Source of the DNA: Chrysomallon squamiferum
Lineage: Eukaryota; Animalia; Mollusca
Direction of reading: 5' to 3'
Length of the DNA stretch: 64,000 bases
Assembly: GCA_012295275.1 (NCBI GenBank)
Contig: CM022673.1
Location: 29,698,001 to 29,762,000 of the forward strand
Below, piece after piece: positions 1 to 14,486 of this stretch. Position numbers and translations under genes: made by a program. The notes under the pieces were generated by a model, which was given only the letters and a program-made list of their open reading frames with translations, had not been told where the DNA came from and did no database searches. Positions within the stretch are counted from its first letter, which is position 1, and the number at the start of each line of letters is the position of its first letter.

Positions 1-1078
1 ACCTACCTGCTTTAGAAGTGTTAAATACAGTTTCATTCTTTTTCATTATTTATTTGATATTTTAACTAAATTTTTAGCCATAACACCTGTCCCAAGCTTA
101 CTGGATAAATAGTTTGTGTAGTAACATTAACTGAGGAACTATTCTACTAGTATTTTGTTGTTGCCATTTGTTATTATTATTATTATTATTTTTTTTTTTT
201 TTGACATAACGTCTGAACCTTTACCGTAATCTTGTGGTATGATTATGGATGGTTCATAACTTAACTTAATAATTAATGAAAAGACAACATACAAATCATG
301 TTATGGCATTAAGTTTATTCATTTGATTGTATATATACATCTTCACTTACTAAGCTACGGTTCCATGTAATTCAACAGAATGGACTGATTACAAGCAGAG
401 CATTTTCTTTTCTTTTGTTTTCAAAAGTGGCTGCCAAAAAAAAAAAAAAAAAAAATAATGCGTCATTATCCCAACAAAATTTTATATAAAATTACAGAAA
501 CCACCTTCTAAAATGACATCTTATAAAACCAACAGTTTTGGAAAGGTACATCTACTATGATCCCGAGATCAAAATGTATATATTAAAGTAAAGTTTGTTG
601 GTTTAATTACGTAAAATTTTGTGTAGGGAAGTAGAAATCACTTCTTATTTCCTTCTTTAATATTTTCATGATTAAAATCACTATATCACTCTAACCAGTT
701 TAAACCAAATATTATTTGTATGCAGGTAACAGCGCGTTTTTTATGATTCTGTGAGAAATTTGTATTTAATGAATGATCAGATTCTATTTATTCAATCTTA
801 ATCAAATATTGGGAAAGCATATAACAACTTTATTAGTTACGATCCCATGGTCATTTATAACAAATTGAAAGAGTGGTTACTGGTATTAGCAGATACTTTC
901 TATGAGTAAATAGTTAAAACTTGTAAAGTTTTTTGACATGTTGAAGTGGAAACCTCTTTACACTCTAATGCATTATACATACACAGGTTATGCAAAAGTG
1001 GGAGACACAGTTTGTTATTTACAATAAACTGACTCTGGTCTTTTATCTGAACCCGATTGTCTTTTTATCTATCTTTGT

Positions 1079-1160
1079 ATTTCATTTCATTTCATTATTA
1101 AATTTCATTTTATTTTATTATTTCATTTCATTTCATTTCATTATTTCATTTCATTTTATT
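1079..1160. repeat. Degenerate (ATTTC)n pentanucleotide microsatellite
   Basis: Repeated atttc/atttt units; the source of spurious ORF 990..1178. Confidence 0.8.
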
Positions 1161-4100
1161 TTAGTATTATTATTTTAAACTCTTTTTTGCCTTTTTCTGG
1201 AAAGAAATTCTTTCATGCTGTACCAGTCTACACATATGATTAATTAATCTTTAGAAATGTATCATGATGAACCTATGTCTGTAAACAGAGAAATCATAAT
1301 ACTTTATCAATATTTCTTACTGATGCAGTTTATTTGTTATTAGGGATCGATACTGTAGCCTGAAGTCAAACTGTAAGCATTAGCAATATGCTTCAAACAT
1401 GTATACAATGTATACTTGATATAACATGCCACTCACATGCACACACAATAAACACTGCCCATGTCACAATCCGAGGACAGCCATAAATTACAAAAATGCG
1501 AGAACATTTTTATGAATTATCACAAACTGTGAGGTAAACCAAGCATTCTATGCTCTATTTCAAGTACATGACTAAATTTCCAGCTGCTTCCCAGTCAGAT
1601 TATTTTCTGGTAGGTATTTCAGAAATTGAGTTTATCATTAATTCATACAATATGCTACAAGACAAACGGTAAGACACATGATAACACCAAAGATGCATGA
1701 TACAAGTAGATTTTATATTTACAAATAGATAGGTATATAATATATAATATGTATATATTAAAAAAATTATTTTTATATATATACCCATGTGAATCAATCC
1801 TGGGTTTGTATGTTAGCCAACTATCATAATTCAGAAAATTGTAATTAAAATTATAATTTCATTAAAAGCTGTCTTAATAATAATTCATTATTATAGCATA
1901 TGTAAAAGGAAAAATTGAAATCAATAAATATTGTTAAATCAATACTGAAGAAGACTGAAAAGAAATAGCAAAGCCCATTAAATGAAACAAACCCCTAAAT
2001 GGATTTCTTTTAATAAAATTAATTTGAGACTGTATTCACTTTTCACTTTTAAGCTAATAAGTAAATCAGATTTGACATGTTCTTGTATGCATATAGAGTG
2101 TAAGTATGCTCTAGTAAGTATAAACAAAAACTTCAGTGATCTCCAAATTCCAGATTACATCAAGTAATTCATTATTTTGTAATAGCCAAAATTACATTTA
2201 TATATATATATTTAATAAATAAAATATAAAGTTCTGTACATAATAAAAGATAAGAAGGGCAGGGCTTTGATAAGAAGGCTGTAGAAAGAATTATTTTAAA
2301 GAGACTGTTGATTTTGTCAGTCAAAACCACAAAAGGATGTACATACATTGGAATAAAGGATAATATATTTATATCAAAATGTTGTAAAACATTAACATAT
2401 TATAAATAGTCCTAACATAACATATTCATTGCCTTGTATGAAGATACACTGTACTGATTTCACTGTAAACCACTCAAATAAATCTAAACCTACTAGAGAT
2501 AGGGGACACTTTTCCTATACCCAAAGATCTCCTGAAAGAAGTACTTAAGTCACATAAAAACATTTCTGACATTTGAAGATTTCCAAAATGACGTCTGAGG
2601 ACGTATGCCTGATGATGTCTTGCATAATCAACTATGCAATTTTCTGGTTTAAAGGATAGTAAATAAGATGTGAAAAATTAGTGTAATTATTCCACTCAGC
2701 AGTTGAAATCAAAAATAAAAGGATAAAATAAAAAATTGAAATAAAAATATGCAACTTAAGTACTTTTTGCATGCAGATCTTCAATTTTCACTGAATAAAA
2801 CATTTCTAGCCATATTTTGAGTTAAATAATAAGCTCCAGCAAAACAGTAATATAGTTAATACTAGCATAATTATAAATGAAGTTTTAGTTTTAGAAAATA
2901 TTTAATGAAATAATAGTAATATTAATAAGTGATAGCAAACATTAATAAATAAAATCATGTCCGTTTACTGTTAGAGCTAAGAATATAATTTAACCTTCAG
3001 TAAAGCATTTAACATACTGAATGTCAGCAATGTGCAAGAATGAATGTAGTGTGCAAGTATGAAACAGAAGAGAACCAAAAAAGAAAGAAAAAAGAAAAAG
3101 GGATAACAAAACAAATGAAATAAAAATGTAAAGCTAATGAACATACTTATAAGCTGTAACAAATACACCGGTTTAAAAATATGCACTACTAGACTAAAAT
3201 GGAATATACAAGGTTTTCACTTGAGCAAGGCTTTTGTTTGTTTTGTTTTTTCTAAATTTAGCAATTTTAATATTATAAATTCTAAATTGATTCAGACTTT
3301 AGAATAAAATGAATTATATAAACCAAACTATAATAACATATAGACACTTCAAGGAAAAATAATTGTTTGGTCAGTGGAAATTAAATCTGAGAAACATATT
3401 TTGATTATTATCACAGATTTTCATACCTTACAGGAATTTTCTGTAGAAATATTAGAATTGCTCTCTGACAATTACAATCCAGTTTTTTTTTATAAAGTTA
3501 TAAAGATTTCATTTGTATTTCTTTCTCCACTTTTTAAAGTCATAATTAGCAGAACATTAATCATGAAACGTTTCTAAATCCAAACCTCATATTTCCTGTG
3601 ACCAGCAGTTGTACCTTGTTTCAGGGAAAGACAATAACATCAGAAGTAAAACGGACAAACCATAATTAGCGCTCAAATAAATTTATCACAATAATGATAA
3701 TAATTTTTTTAAAAAAAAATTTTTTTTCTCAACATTTTAAATGAATATCTGTCTAATATGCTTTAAAATTAAAATAAATATGCTATTTATATGATCTGTT
3801 TTAATGGAAAAATAACATGCCAAGCAAAAACTAAATATATCTAACAATAATAAAAAAATTAAAAACAATATGTATGTATATATAAAGATGAAAAGAAAAA
3901 TTAATAAACCTGATACATGAAAACTATGGATATATTTGTTTTGTATGTGTGTGCTTTTCTAAATTAATACCAAATAAATAAATAACAAAATTTCTTATTG
4001 TATGTATTTAGCTGATTCACATACTTATTTATTTTTAATATGGCTTTTGTTAATTTAAAACTTTAATAGCCAAACAGCTTTCTCTTCTAATTGTCAACAG

Positions 4101-5228
4101 TTGTATTTTCTTTTTATATCAAAATGAAATAAAGAATCCTTAGGGAACATTAGTAATGGGAAATAATTCTAATCATGTTTTAGTGGCAAAGAACCACAGA
4201 TGTCACATGGAGAAAGAGGGGAGAAAATGTCAGAGATCTAATTCTGTACGAAAAAAAAAAAAAAAAAAAAAAAAAACCCAGCCTAGACGAAATGGTCCAA
4301 TTAACAATTAAAACAATGTCAGAAACTTGGCATTTATGATGAATTCTTTGTCTATTAAAGTCCAAATAACAGTTTTGCTGATTTTTGTTGTTCTTTTTAA
4401 AAATGTTATGGCTCTTATAACTTGATTCGTTTAACACATATTTCATACAACAGAAAATAACTTCAGCATAACAATTTTGCTACATATAATGTCAACATTA
4501 GAATCCATTTACAATGAAATCAGCAGTGATATTTGAACTGAACAATTTGAATCCAGATACTAAAGTGTGAAGCTATGATATGTGGTATTAATTGGTGTAC
4601 TATAATTGGTATGTATATGTATGTATATACATATACAGGTAACACCTGTACACACAGTTATTAGTGATCAGTTACATATTTCTGGTATATATTTATATAT
4701 AAATGCTATCATTAATACATCATTAATTGCTGTGTACATGCTGTATTCATTCTACATCAACAGTAACAACAATTTCTGTTGTTTATTAAACATATAACAT
4801 AAAAAAATAAGAAACTATTATTTAAAAAGCTGTTCTTATGCCACAGTCAAACTATATCAAGATGTTTCATTAAATAAACTGGCCTGCCAGTTTCTGTGGA
4901 AAATTTCTGCCTAACTTCTCTATGGCCAGAACAAAAAATATTAATAAAAATAAATGCAACAAAAAATGATAATAATAATAATAATAATGAAAAGAAACAT
5001 TATACGCTGTATGTGAAAGGAAGATATCTATACAACATTTCAAATAATGTCACAGGGTAACCTGTTTAATTCATGGACAGAATCCAATTAAGTAATCTGA
5101 TGAAAAAGACATGAAAAATTACATTGAACAAGTCAGATCACAAACAAAATATCAATAATAAACATTTTCTGGGGATAAAATACATCAAACTATCACATTG
5201 TTATTATATAATATAGTAAACAAGCAAT

Positions 5229-5263
<35 letters not shown>

Positions 5264-5712
5264 TTAAAAAAAATTCACAATTATCAAGGGAGCAAAAACA
5301 CACAAAACAGTCAGTATTCCGAGACAAAAAGATGATAAGCACCAAAATATTACTGTAACAGGCTTTCTGTAATCCACACATTTTAATGGTTGTTCTGGTG
5401 TGCAGTCAAATCACACTCGATGACTATTATATGTTTTCTGTTCAATTTGTATGTAGTAACAACTCATTCTCAAACTTCAAAGCCTGTAAAAAAACATAAC
5501 CGAGTACATCAAACTAGCGAAAATAAAGCGTACAGCAACGATGATGATAAATGATGACAAGACGTATGATGATGACGGTTTTGATGGTGTACTGCTGTGT
5601 GACAATGTAACATGATCTACTGCATACAGCTTGTAGAAATATCTCAGTTAACAAATGTGTGGTCAAAGCCCAGGATGAACTAGCACATTTTACAATTTAT
5701 TTGTCTTTTGTA

Positions 5713-8700
5713 TTAGTCTCGCATCTGGCAATATGGACCTTGAAGTTTGAGGTACTGAAAAAAATAAAAAAATAAAATATAATAAACGATATAAATAAAT
5801 AAATTAAAATTTTTTAAATAGTCTATTAAATAATTTAAATTATTAGTTAAGTGGCATATATAAAATACAGTTTTAAAAACAATTAATAATTATCTAAATT
5901 TAAAATATTGCATGTAAAATCAAAATAATGTTTATTTTTACCATAAAAAAAAAATATATATATATATATAGAAATGATAAACAAAATTATTTCTAAATTT
6001 CATTACTATTCACATATTTGAACTAATGATGCATTTTTACCTACTTGTATTTGCCTAGTGTACAACAGGATGGAATAAGATTAAGATTAAGTTACTAGAG
6101 TAAGACATACATGAAACATATGTTTCTTTATACTGTTAAAATAACAACAAAAATTTTAATTATTTACCTGTATGACCAGAGATGGACCTCTGGCTACAAT
6201 TTCTGCTGGGATCTGACTGAGTGGACAGTTTTCAATGCTCATGATCTGGAGGTTTCCACAATACGCCAAGTCATATGGCAGACTATGCAGTTCGGGGTTG
6301 TCATTGATATACAGTGATTCCAAGCTTTCTAATGTTCCTGGAATTCATTTTAATATAAAATATAATATTATTAAAATTATTTCACACGAAATATGTTTTT
6401 TAAAATTATGTTATATAAAAAATTATTTTACTTAATTATTTAACATAATATTCTGTATCAGAAATAACATAAAAATATATATTTTTTGAAAATTATAAAG
6501 TGTAATTTTATTGTAAATTATCTGACATAACATCTATAGACAAAACAATATTCAAAGTTTTGTATCTATACAATATAAACATGAAAATATTAAACCAATA
6601 AAATCACCATAACATTTATTTACCAATTTCTTGAGGTAAGGACGTAAGATTATTTTCTCCTGCACCCAAATACTGAAGATTTTTTAAGTATCTGTTTAAA
6701 GAAATAAAAAAACAAATAATTAATTTTAAAATGCAATTTACAATGATTAAACACAAGAATAATAAAAATAAAATCTTTGAACACAATAAACAATGTCTCA
6801 ATGTAAAGATAGAAAAATTAACTTTATGCTTTCTGAATATAAAATTTGTTATGTCACAAATTATTAATAATAAAAATATATTTTTTTGCTGCAGTTACTA
6901 ACCCTATTGACCGTGGCAAACAAGTAAGTTGGTTGGACTGAACTACAAGTCGTTGTAGCTCCTTAAGCTGACCTGAAAAATAACAAAATGTATTTAATGA
7001 CATGGTATGCTGCAAAATCAAGCATTTATTTAAAACTTTAAATGATTAGAAATGCTTCACGATAAAAATGAATGTAACAATAATATAAAGAAATGTTTAC
7101 TAACCAATTTCTTGAGGAAGCTGTTCAAGTCGATTCTCCTCCAGATCTAACACTCTGAGTCTCTTCAGGTTACCAATGCTAGCAGTTAACCTCTGGAAAA
7201 TTATTATTCAATAATCCATTTAAATATCTTACAAAATAAATCTCACTCAATTAATTCAATGAATCATGGCCTATTACAGTATATGTTAAAAAATATTTAA
7301 AAAGAAGAATTTTTTCTGTTTGGTTGACAAATATTGCAAAAATGAATTGATATTTATTTAACAACAGAACAATATATATTTTTTTAACTGTTACTAGAAA
7401 TCCAATATATTTATTTTGTACAATAACCATATTAAAAAATAAATCCAGTGCTGTTACTCCTTACTACCATCTAAGTCATAGTAGCAGAAAGTAATAGTAA
7501 TGTTAATAGTAGCAACAGGTATACCCCTCCTTCTAAGTTGTCACAGATCAACTGTTATGAAAACACTAACCCTGAGGGAATTATTACTGAGAATAAGAAC
7601 TTCCAGTTTCTCAAGATTCTGGATATCATCAGGGATCTTTGTAAGCTGGTTGGTGCCAAGGTTCAACTCCACCATATTTGTCCAGGTTCCCATATCTATC
7701 AAAATGATAAAAATTGATTATTTTAACATTAAAATAAATAAGTGTAGAGATGTACCGTCATAAAAACAGACTTCTATTAAATAAGGTTGCTTCAACAGGT
7801 TCTGTGATTTTTAAGGCTTTTCATTTCTATTGAAATTATATATATAAATATAAAATATAAAAAGTAAATTAGATGTATTTTTTATAATAATACACATACA
7901 GCATTAAATAATTTAAAATTATATTTTGGTTTAATCATTTAAATTAACCTACCAAGAGGGAGGGAAGTCAACTGATTGTCCTTCATGTTTAACTTTGTCA
8001 GACATGTTGATCTGGAAAATATTCCAAATGGTATCTTGTTGACCTGATTATGCTCCATGTTAATTGCCTGAAAAATTAAAAATAACAGAATGAAATATTT
8101 GCACTAATAAACTTTTCAAACCAATGGAAATACAAAAAGAAAAAACCTATAAAAATGTCAATTACACCAAAAAACAACAACAAAAAAAACACCTATTGCT
8201 TTTTATTTAGATATAATGTTCTTGTCAATATTTGTTATAATGGAAACACAAATGAAACACATAATAATAAATAGAAAAACCCCCAGAGAACTCCTAGTTT
8301 TGAAAAACTTATCAGTATCTATATTAATCCTGCTAATACATAAATTACAAGCACTTTAAGTAAAATCATCTTTTTATTTTTATTTTGGTGTTCTCAAAAT
8401 GGTGACTAGTTTACCATATAGTTAATCTGAATATTCTGGGTTGAATGAAAGTAGATATGAAACAGCATAAACACAAGAAATTTTAGTCATGGGTGAATGA
8501 AAGATTGCACTAAAAAAAAAATGAAGGGCAAACAATACTGAAATAATTTAAGAAGGTCTGGTCTACAACTTATCCAAATATAGTTTTAAAAAAAAAGAAA
8601 AAAAAGAAAAAAAAAATTTTATAAAGAAAAAGGATAAACTTTTAACTATTATTAGCTATAATATCATTTTTATTTTTATTATCATTATTTTTCTTAAATT

Positions 8701-11700
8701 GGTAAGTCCTTTCAGGTAAAATATACTTACATACACAGAGCAGAACTGGGAAGGTCCACCTGTAGGGTAGGACTGGAAAGCGTTTCGTGACAGTGTTATA
8801 CTTGTCAGGTTTGTTAAACTTGAAAGTAATCCCTCCTACACAAACAATAATCAAACAAGCATGTTAAATGTTTGGCTGGAGACAACAACAACAACAGCAG
8901 CAGCAATCTTAGCAATAAATACACTAATAAAGAGTTCGAAATTTGTAATTAAGAGCTCCCAGCATTAATTAGCAGTAAAGAATATTTTATATGCACCATT
9001 CCAAAGTCCTGGAAGCATAGACTATGGCCTTTGATAAACGTGGTGTGAGCACTGGTTGGAATTGGAAAGTGTCCAAGTGACTAAGAAGGCAGGTTTAATC
9101 ATACTCCTTAAGAGCACTATAACCATGATGTCCCAGCCCATAACATCAGATAAAATGAAAACTAACTTCCATCATATTTTGAAACAGAAGGTAAAAGGCC
9201 AATAACTCTTGCAAGCTGTCTTGACCTTGAAGGCCAGAAAATTGTTATTGTTACAAAATCTTTGTAAAAATTACCTTTGCAAATTTGGCTGTAAAATACT
9301 GGCTGAACATACAATTAATGAAGTAAAAACAATTCAAAATAATATTAACATCTCAATGTTCCCAGTAAGCTGTGAGGTTGCACAGCTGTGCAGTTACCAT
9401 ATTGATACAAATACAACTGTTGCATCTCATTTAAATTTACAATACACAACTGAAACAGTGTAGACTTATATTTGTAGATTATTATAAATCTTAACAACAT
9501 ACTCAACATAAACGTACTTTCTAGTTTTTAATTGAAAATATGTGCTGGTTAAGCTGCACAAAGATTGAATATTGTGTACTAACTCAAATTTAGACAGTAT
9601 CTGCAAAGGTTCTGCTTGGTGGTTTGAGTCCTAGAACTCCTCTAGGATATCAGAATATCAGACATTTTTTCCATTTAATAAACAGAAACAGTACTTAATA
9701 AAAACAAAATATTAATTTTCAAGGTGCTGTCTTACCGGCAGACTTGATATGTTGTTTCCTTCAACATTGAACTCATCCATCATAGAGCAGTTTGCTAGTG
9801 TTTTAGGTATGGCACTTAGTCGATTATACCTGTAGTATCAACAAAGTACATGTATTAACAAGTATTACAAGTTACAACAATAACAATATATTTAACAACT
9901 TAAGATAAAAGCATTAACACCCATAAACATTTTGATTTCATATTTCTTTTATCACATTTATGGTGGGTTTGTGGGATTTGTCTTTTTCTAAAATATCCTT
10001 TAAGAAAAATAACATTTTCAATTCTTGATTTAAATCTGATAAAAGAAAAAGAATAAATATGATATTAATGTATTTACCTCAAGCCAAGTCTTGTCAACAA
10101 TTTCAGATTGCCAATGGAATCAGGAATATCAAGCAGTTCATTGTGTTGCAAGTCAAGAGAATTCAGCATTACACAGTTTCCAATATCTGAAAAACAATAC
10201 TCACTGTGTTAAACTTACTGTGGAAACATTGGAATCTACAAATTCCAATTTCAGTTGCATATGGTTAAAAAAATCAGAAGACTAGATCAACAAGCAGATA
10301 ATTAAATATTAATAATAATATAGATGACGATAATGAACATTATTAGTATTTTAAAATAAATATAAATTAATGTTCTTCTGAGCTGTTTCAAATTCTGAAA
10401 TGTTCTGGCAAAACTAAGTAAGTTCATTTTTATCTTAATTATATTAACAGATTAAAATGTAAGTTTAATAACAATAAAAAATGTTTATTATTTTAACAGT
10501 ATGTTATACCTTCAGGTAAGTGTTCCAAGTGGTTGTGTGAAATATCAAAAGTCACCAAATTCACTAACTGACCAATTCCCTGAGGGAGTTCCTTTATCTT
10601 ATTTTCCCTCAAACTGAACTTGGTTAAATTCTAAAGAAAAAGAAAAATAAATAAATACAATCTGTTAAACTTTAAATGAATATCAATATTTAAAACATTT
10701 TTCTAGGTTAGCAAAAAGTACTTTTTATATGTCATATTGCCCTTTATTTTTCCAATATACTAAACATAAACCTGGCATTTTGCTTCGCTAGAATGAAAAA
10801 GGCCAGGCATAAATATGATCTATTAGACAAAGTTACAGTTTTACACTGAACTGCAGATAACACATTCCCTATTTGTTGACAGATATGAAGTAATATCAAT
10901 TAACAGTAAATACATCATAACTATAATTATTAATGATTTTGGCTTATTTCAGCACAACTAAAAGTAAATACTCACAGTTAGATTGGAAATGTCCTCTTCT
11001 ACATGTTTAATCCTATTAAACCTGAGAAAGAGTGTTGTCAGTGATCGCAACTGATAAACAACATTTGGAATCTGAGGAAATAAAAATAATGTAAAACCCT
11101 TTAGAAGTCATAAAAATGTAATATTTACAAGAAAATATGTAATTCAAATTAATAATAATGTTTAAAAACATGCAGGTTTTTTAGAATAATGGTATCATAT
11201 AGGAAATCCACTGCTGTCACACAATGCAAGGAATCTTGTATGCAAATATTCTCACAAAAAGAAAAGCATATACTTGAAGAATGCTTCTGATAAACCAGCT
11301 CAACACTAGAGTTATGAATAGGAAAACATCACACTTTTTGTCAGAGAATTTTATAGATTTGGTTTATTTCAAATTAATGTGAATATAAAATGGCTGACTT
11401 AAAAAATATCATCCAATTCTGAATATTACATGAGTACTGACTTCAGGTTTAAGTAAGTGGTCAGCTATCAGTCAAACATTGGATTCAGAATCATCACAGT
11501 TTATATTTAATGATATGAAACATTAACAACGTTATAAAATACTAACCTCTTGCAATTTATTATGCCTTAAGTCAAGAACTCTCAACTTTGTTAACTTTTC
11601 TAAGGAATCTGGAAGAGTTGTTATGGAGTTCTCACTGAGTGCCAGTGTCTGGAGATCTGTTAAGTAACCAATCTCTGGGGGTAACTGAGTCAGTCGGTTT

Positions 11701-14035
11701 CCATATAAATAGAACTCTGACAACTGTGTTAACTGTATTTTATAAAGAAAAGTGCAACTTGTTTAATATTTATTAAATAAATCATTCAAATTGAAAACAT
11801 TATTTCAACATTGTAATTAATGATTTAAATTAAATATAAAAATTTAAACATTATTTTGAGTCCATTTCCATACATTAAAATTAATTAACAGATGATTTTG
11901 TATAAAATCTCAGTTCATAAAGTCATAATGGAGAATGAACAAATTAATGTAACTGATATTCATAAAGCAAGTAACTAAACTTCACACTAATGACACAATA
12001 ACATGATATATAACAGGGCCAAATGTTATCTGACCTGTGATTACATTTTTCTTCAGTAACTTAATCAGTTAGAAATTGATAGTTTGTAACTTTACTAGTT
12101 CGTATTATGCACTAACATGAATTTTTTCTGTTTTAATCATTACTGTAAGCATCACTATGTTACTAAAATATATATATTCTAAATACAATGTTTAATATAG
12201 CATAAAAAATATTTTAAAAATTAAATTAAGCATTACCTCTTTCACACTACTGTGTAAAGATGAAATCTGAAAAAGAAAAGAATTCACTAATTTTAATACA
12301 CTGTCCTTCATTATTAATGGATAGTGTTTTGACCTCCAGTCGGTCATAAAATTTATATTAAAGCTGATACATAAAAATAAGTCAGAAGTATATTTACAAC
12401 TTTGTATATTATCAACTTTACATGGTGCACTGCTTTAAGGAGTTTATATGAAAGACTGGCAATTTTTTTTTTTTTTGTACAATAACAGCAGAATAATTAA
12501 TCATTTTACATACAAATAAAATAATAATAAGCACAAGTTGAAGTATTATCACAGAATCATTTACTCATTCCATTAATGACAGAAAACAGGATAAATATGC
12601 ATTTTTGTCACTTGCAAACAGACCCAAATTAAGCACTCATATTAACTACCAAGAACAGAAATGTGATTTTTCTTACCTGTGATTTGCTTAAGTCCAAACG
12701 CTGAGCACCTTCTTCTTTGCACTTTTTGAACTCTTTGGCAACATCCTGTCAAAAGACAAATCTTATATTTTAATCACAAGGAGAAATTAAAATAAATTTA
12801 AAATAATAATAATAATAAAGAGATACAGCAATAATTAAAATGTAGAACTAAATACTAATACTGGCTTGTATAATGAAACTAAATGCTACTTAAGTGTACT
12901 TAAATGTATTTTTAAGTTAATCTTTGGTGCTGATAAACATTTTATTCTAATAATTACATATGACAATAATTTAACAAGCATATAACATTATTCCATTCAT
13001 TAATACACTATTTGATAGTGATAAAGTGTGACACAGTAAGAGGATCCTTAGAAGCTGCCATTTTCCTGTCTTTGTGACATTATTTCATAACACAGAGTCC
13101 CTCCTTACAGTTTGCTACATTCTGACTGACTGGACAGAACTGGGAATAAACAGTACTCAAATTAACTTTCCTTTTTATGAACTATCACTGAGTATTTTTT
13201 ATTTTGCTTGTACTGTTACATACAGTTACAAGACAGGTATAATGATATACAGTAAGGAAGAGAACCATAATTTTTCTTTTACCAATTACCTTTCCTCTTT
13301 TATTTTTTTTTTAATCAGTTATAAGTAAAGACAGACATAGGTCACAAAGGTTAAGAGACTAGCTTACAGCTCTCAACAACACTACTTATGTTCTGATTTG
13401 TTTTACTTCTACTGCTGAATAATTATCAAATTCATTCTGCATATTTATAAATAATACCGTTTTATTGTTATAGTTATTTAACTTATTATCAAATAAAGAA
13501 ACAATAAGAAGTTGGACGTATATTTAAACTACTTGTTTATATCAACGTATCTGTCCGGTATATAGTATTTAATTTTTATTAGTTCACCATTTCAAGCAGT
13601 CATTTCCACTCTTCAGTACAAATGCCTGTGATAGAAAAACTTTATTATATACCCTAAAGGCATGCAAATGAAATGCACATAACAGATATAACTGTTCACT
13701 AAAAAAGTATACCAAATATATCCTAATCTGAATAATGACTTGATGATGATACAGAAGTGTAACCATATTTATGAAATATGCTACTGATAGTATTATCCTT
13801 AAATCTAGAGTATCCACTATTCATCTAAATGCTCTTTTAAAAAAAATAGAAAATAAAAACATCAAAATATTCAAAATATATAGAATTAATAAACCACTTA
13901 TCTTCTGTATCTACTGTAATTAACTAATTTTTAGATGAGCATGTATGGGGAAAAAAATTGAATCTAGCAGAAGCTGGGCACACAGTGAATTGCCAAATCC
14001 GTAAGAAACAAATCAGTTAAACAAAAGTCAAATAT

Positions 14036-14071
<36 letters not shown>

Positions 14072-14455
14072 TATACAGTAAAAAAAAATTAACAAATAAA
14101 TAATAAAGTCTTATTACATGGCTAGTCATTACTTCAACTGATACACTTTACAGTTTTATTATTATGCTTTACCTCTGGGCTATCTCCCTCCCTAGACTAT
14201 TAGTCAGCATATATTAATCTCATAGTCATCTTATAAATGAATTTCTAACAAAATGGGCTAAAATCCCATAGGAAGTGATTCACTATCAACTTCTGTGCAA
14301 ACAGTTAACATAAGCATATGCAAGATATTATAAACAAATGATAATGTGTTTTGACAATCTCACTGTTAAGAGTAAGGCTGTTAACATAAAAAATATGAAT
14401 ATTTAGTAAACAATTTTTTTTTCTTCTTAATTTCAGCATTATATATATATAAAAT

Positions 14456-14486
<31 letters not shown>

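Noticed and set aside
1-46. Minus-strand ATG...MKKNETVFNTSKAG followed by a GTAGGT donor at the window edge
   Set aside because: It could be the first exon of a downstream gene, but 13 codons with no recognisable homology is too little support.
13030-13150. Possible third SINE remnant
   Set aside because: Similarity to the 8953-9139 element is too weak to call by eye.
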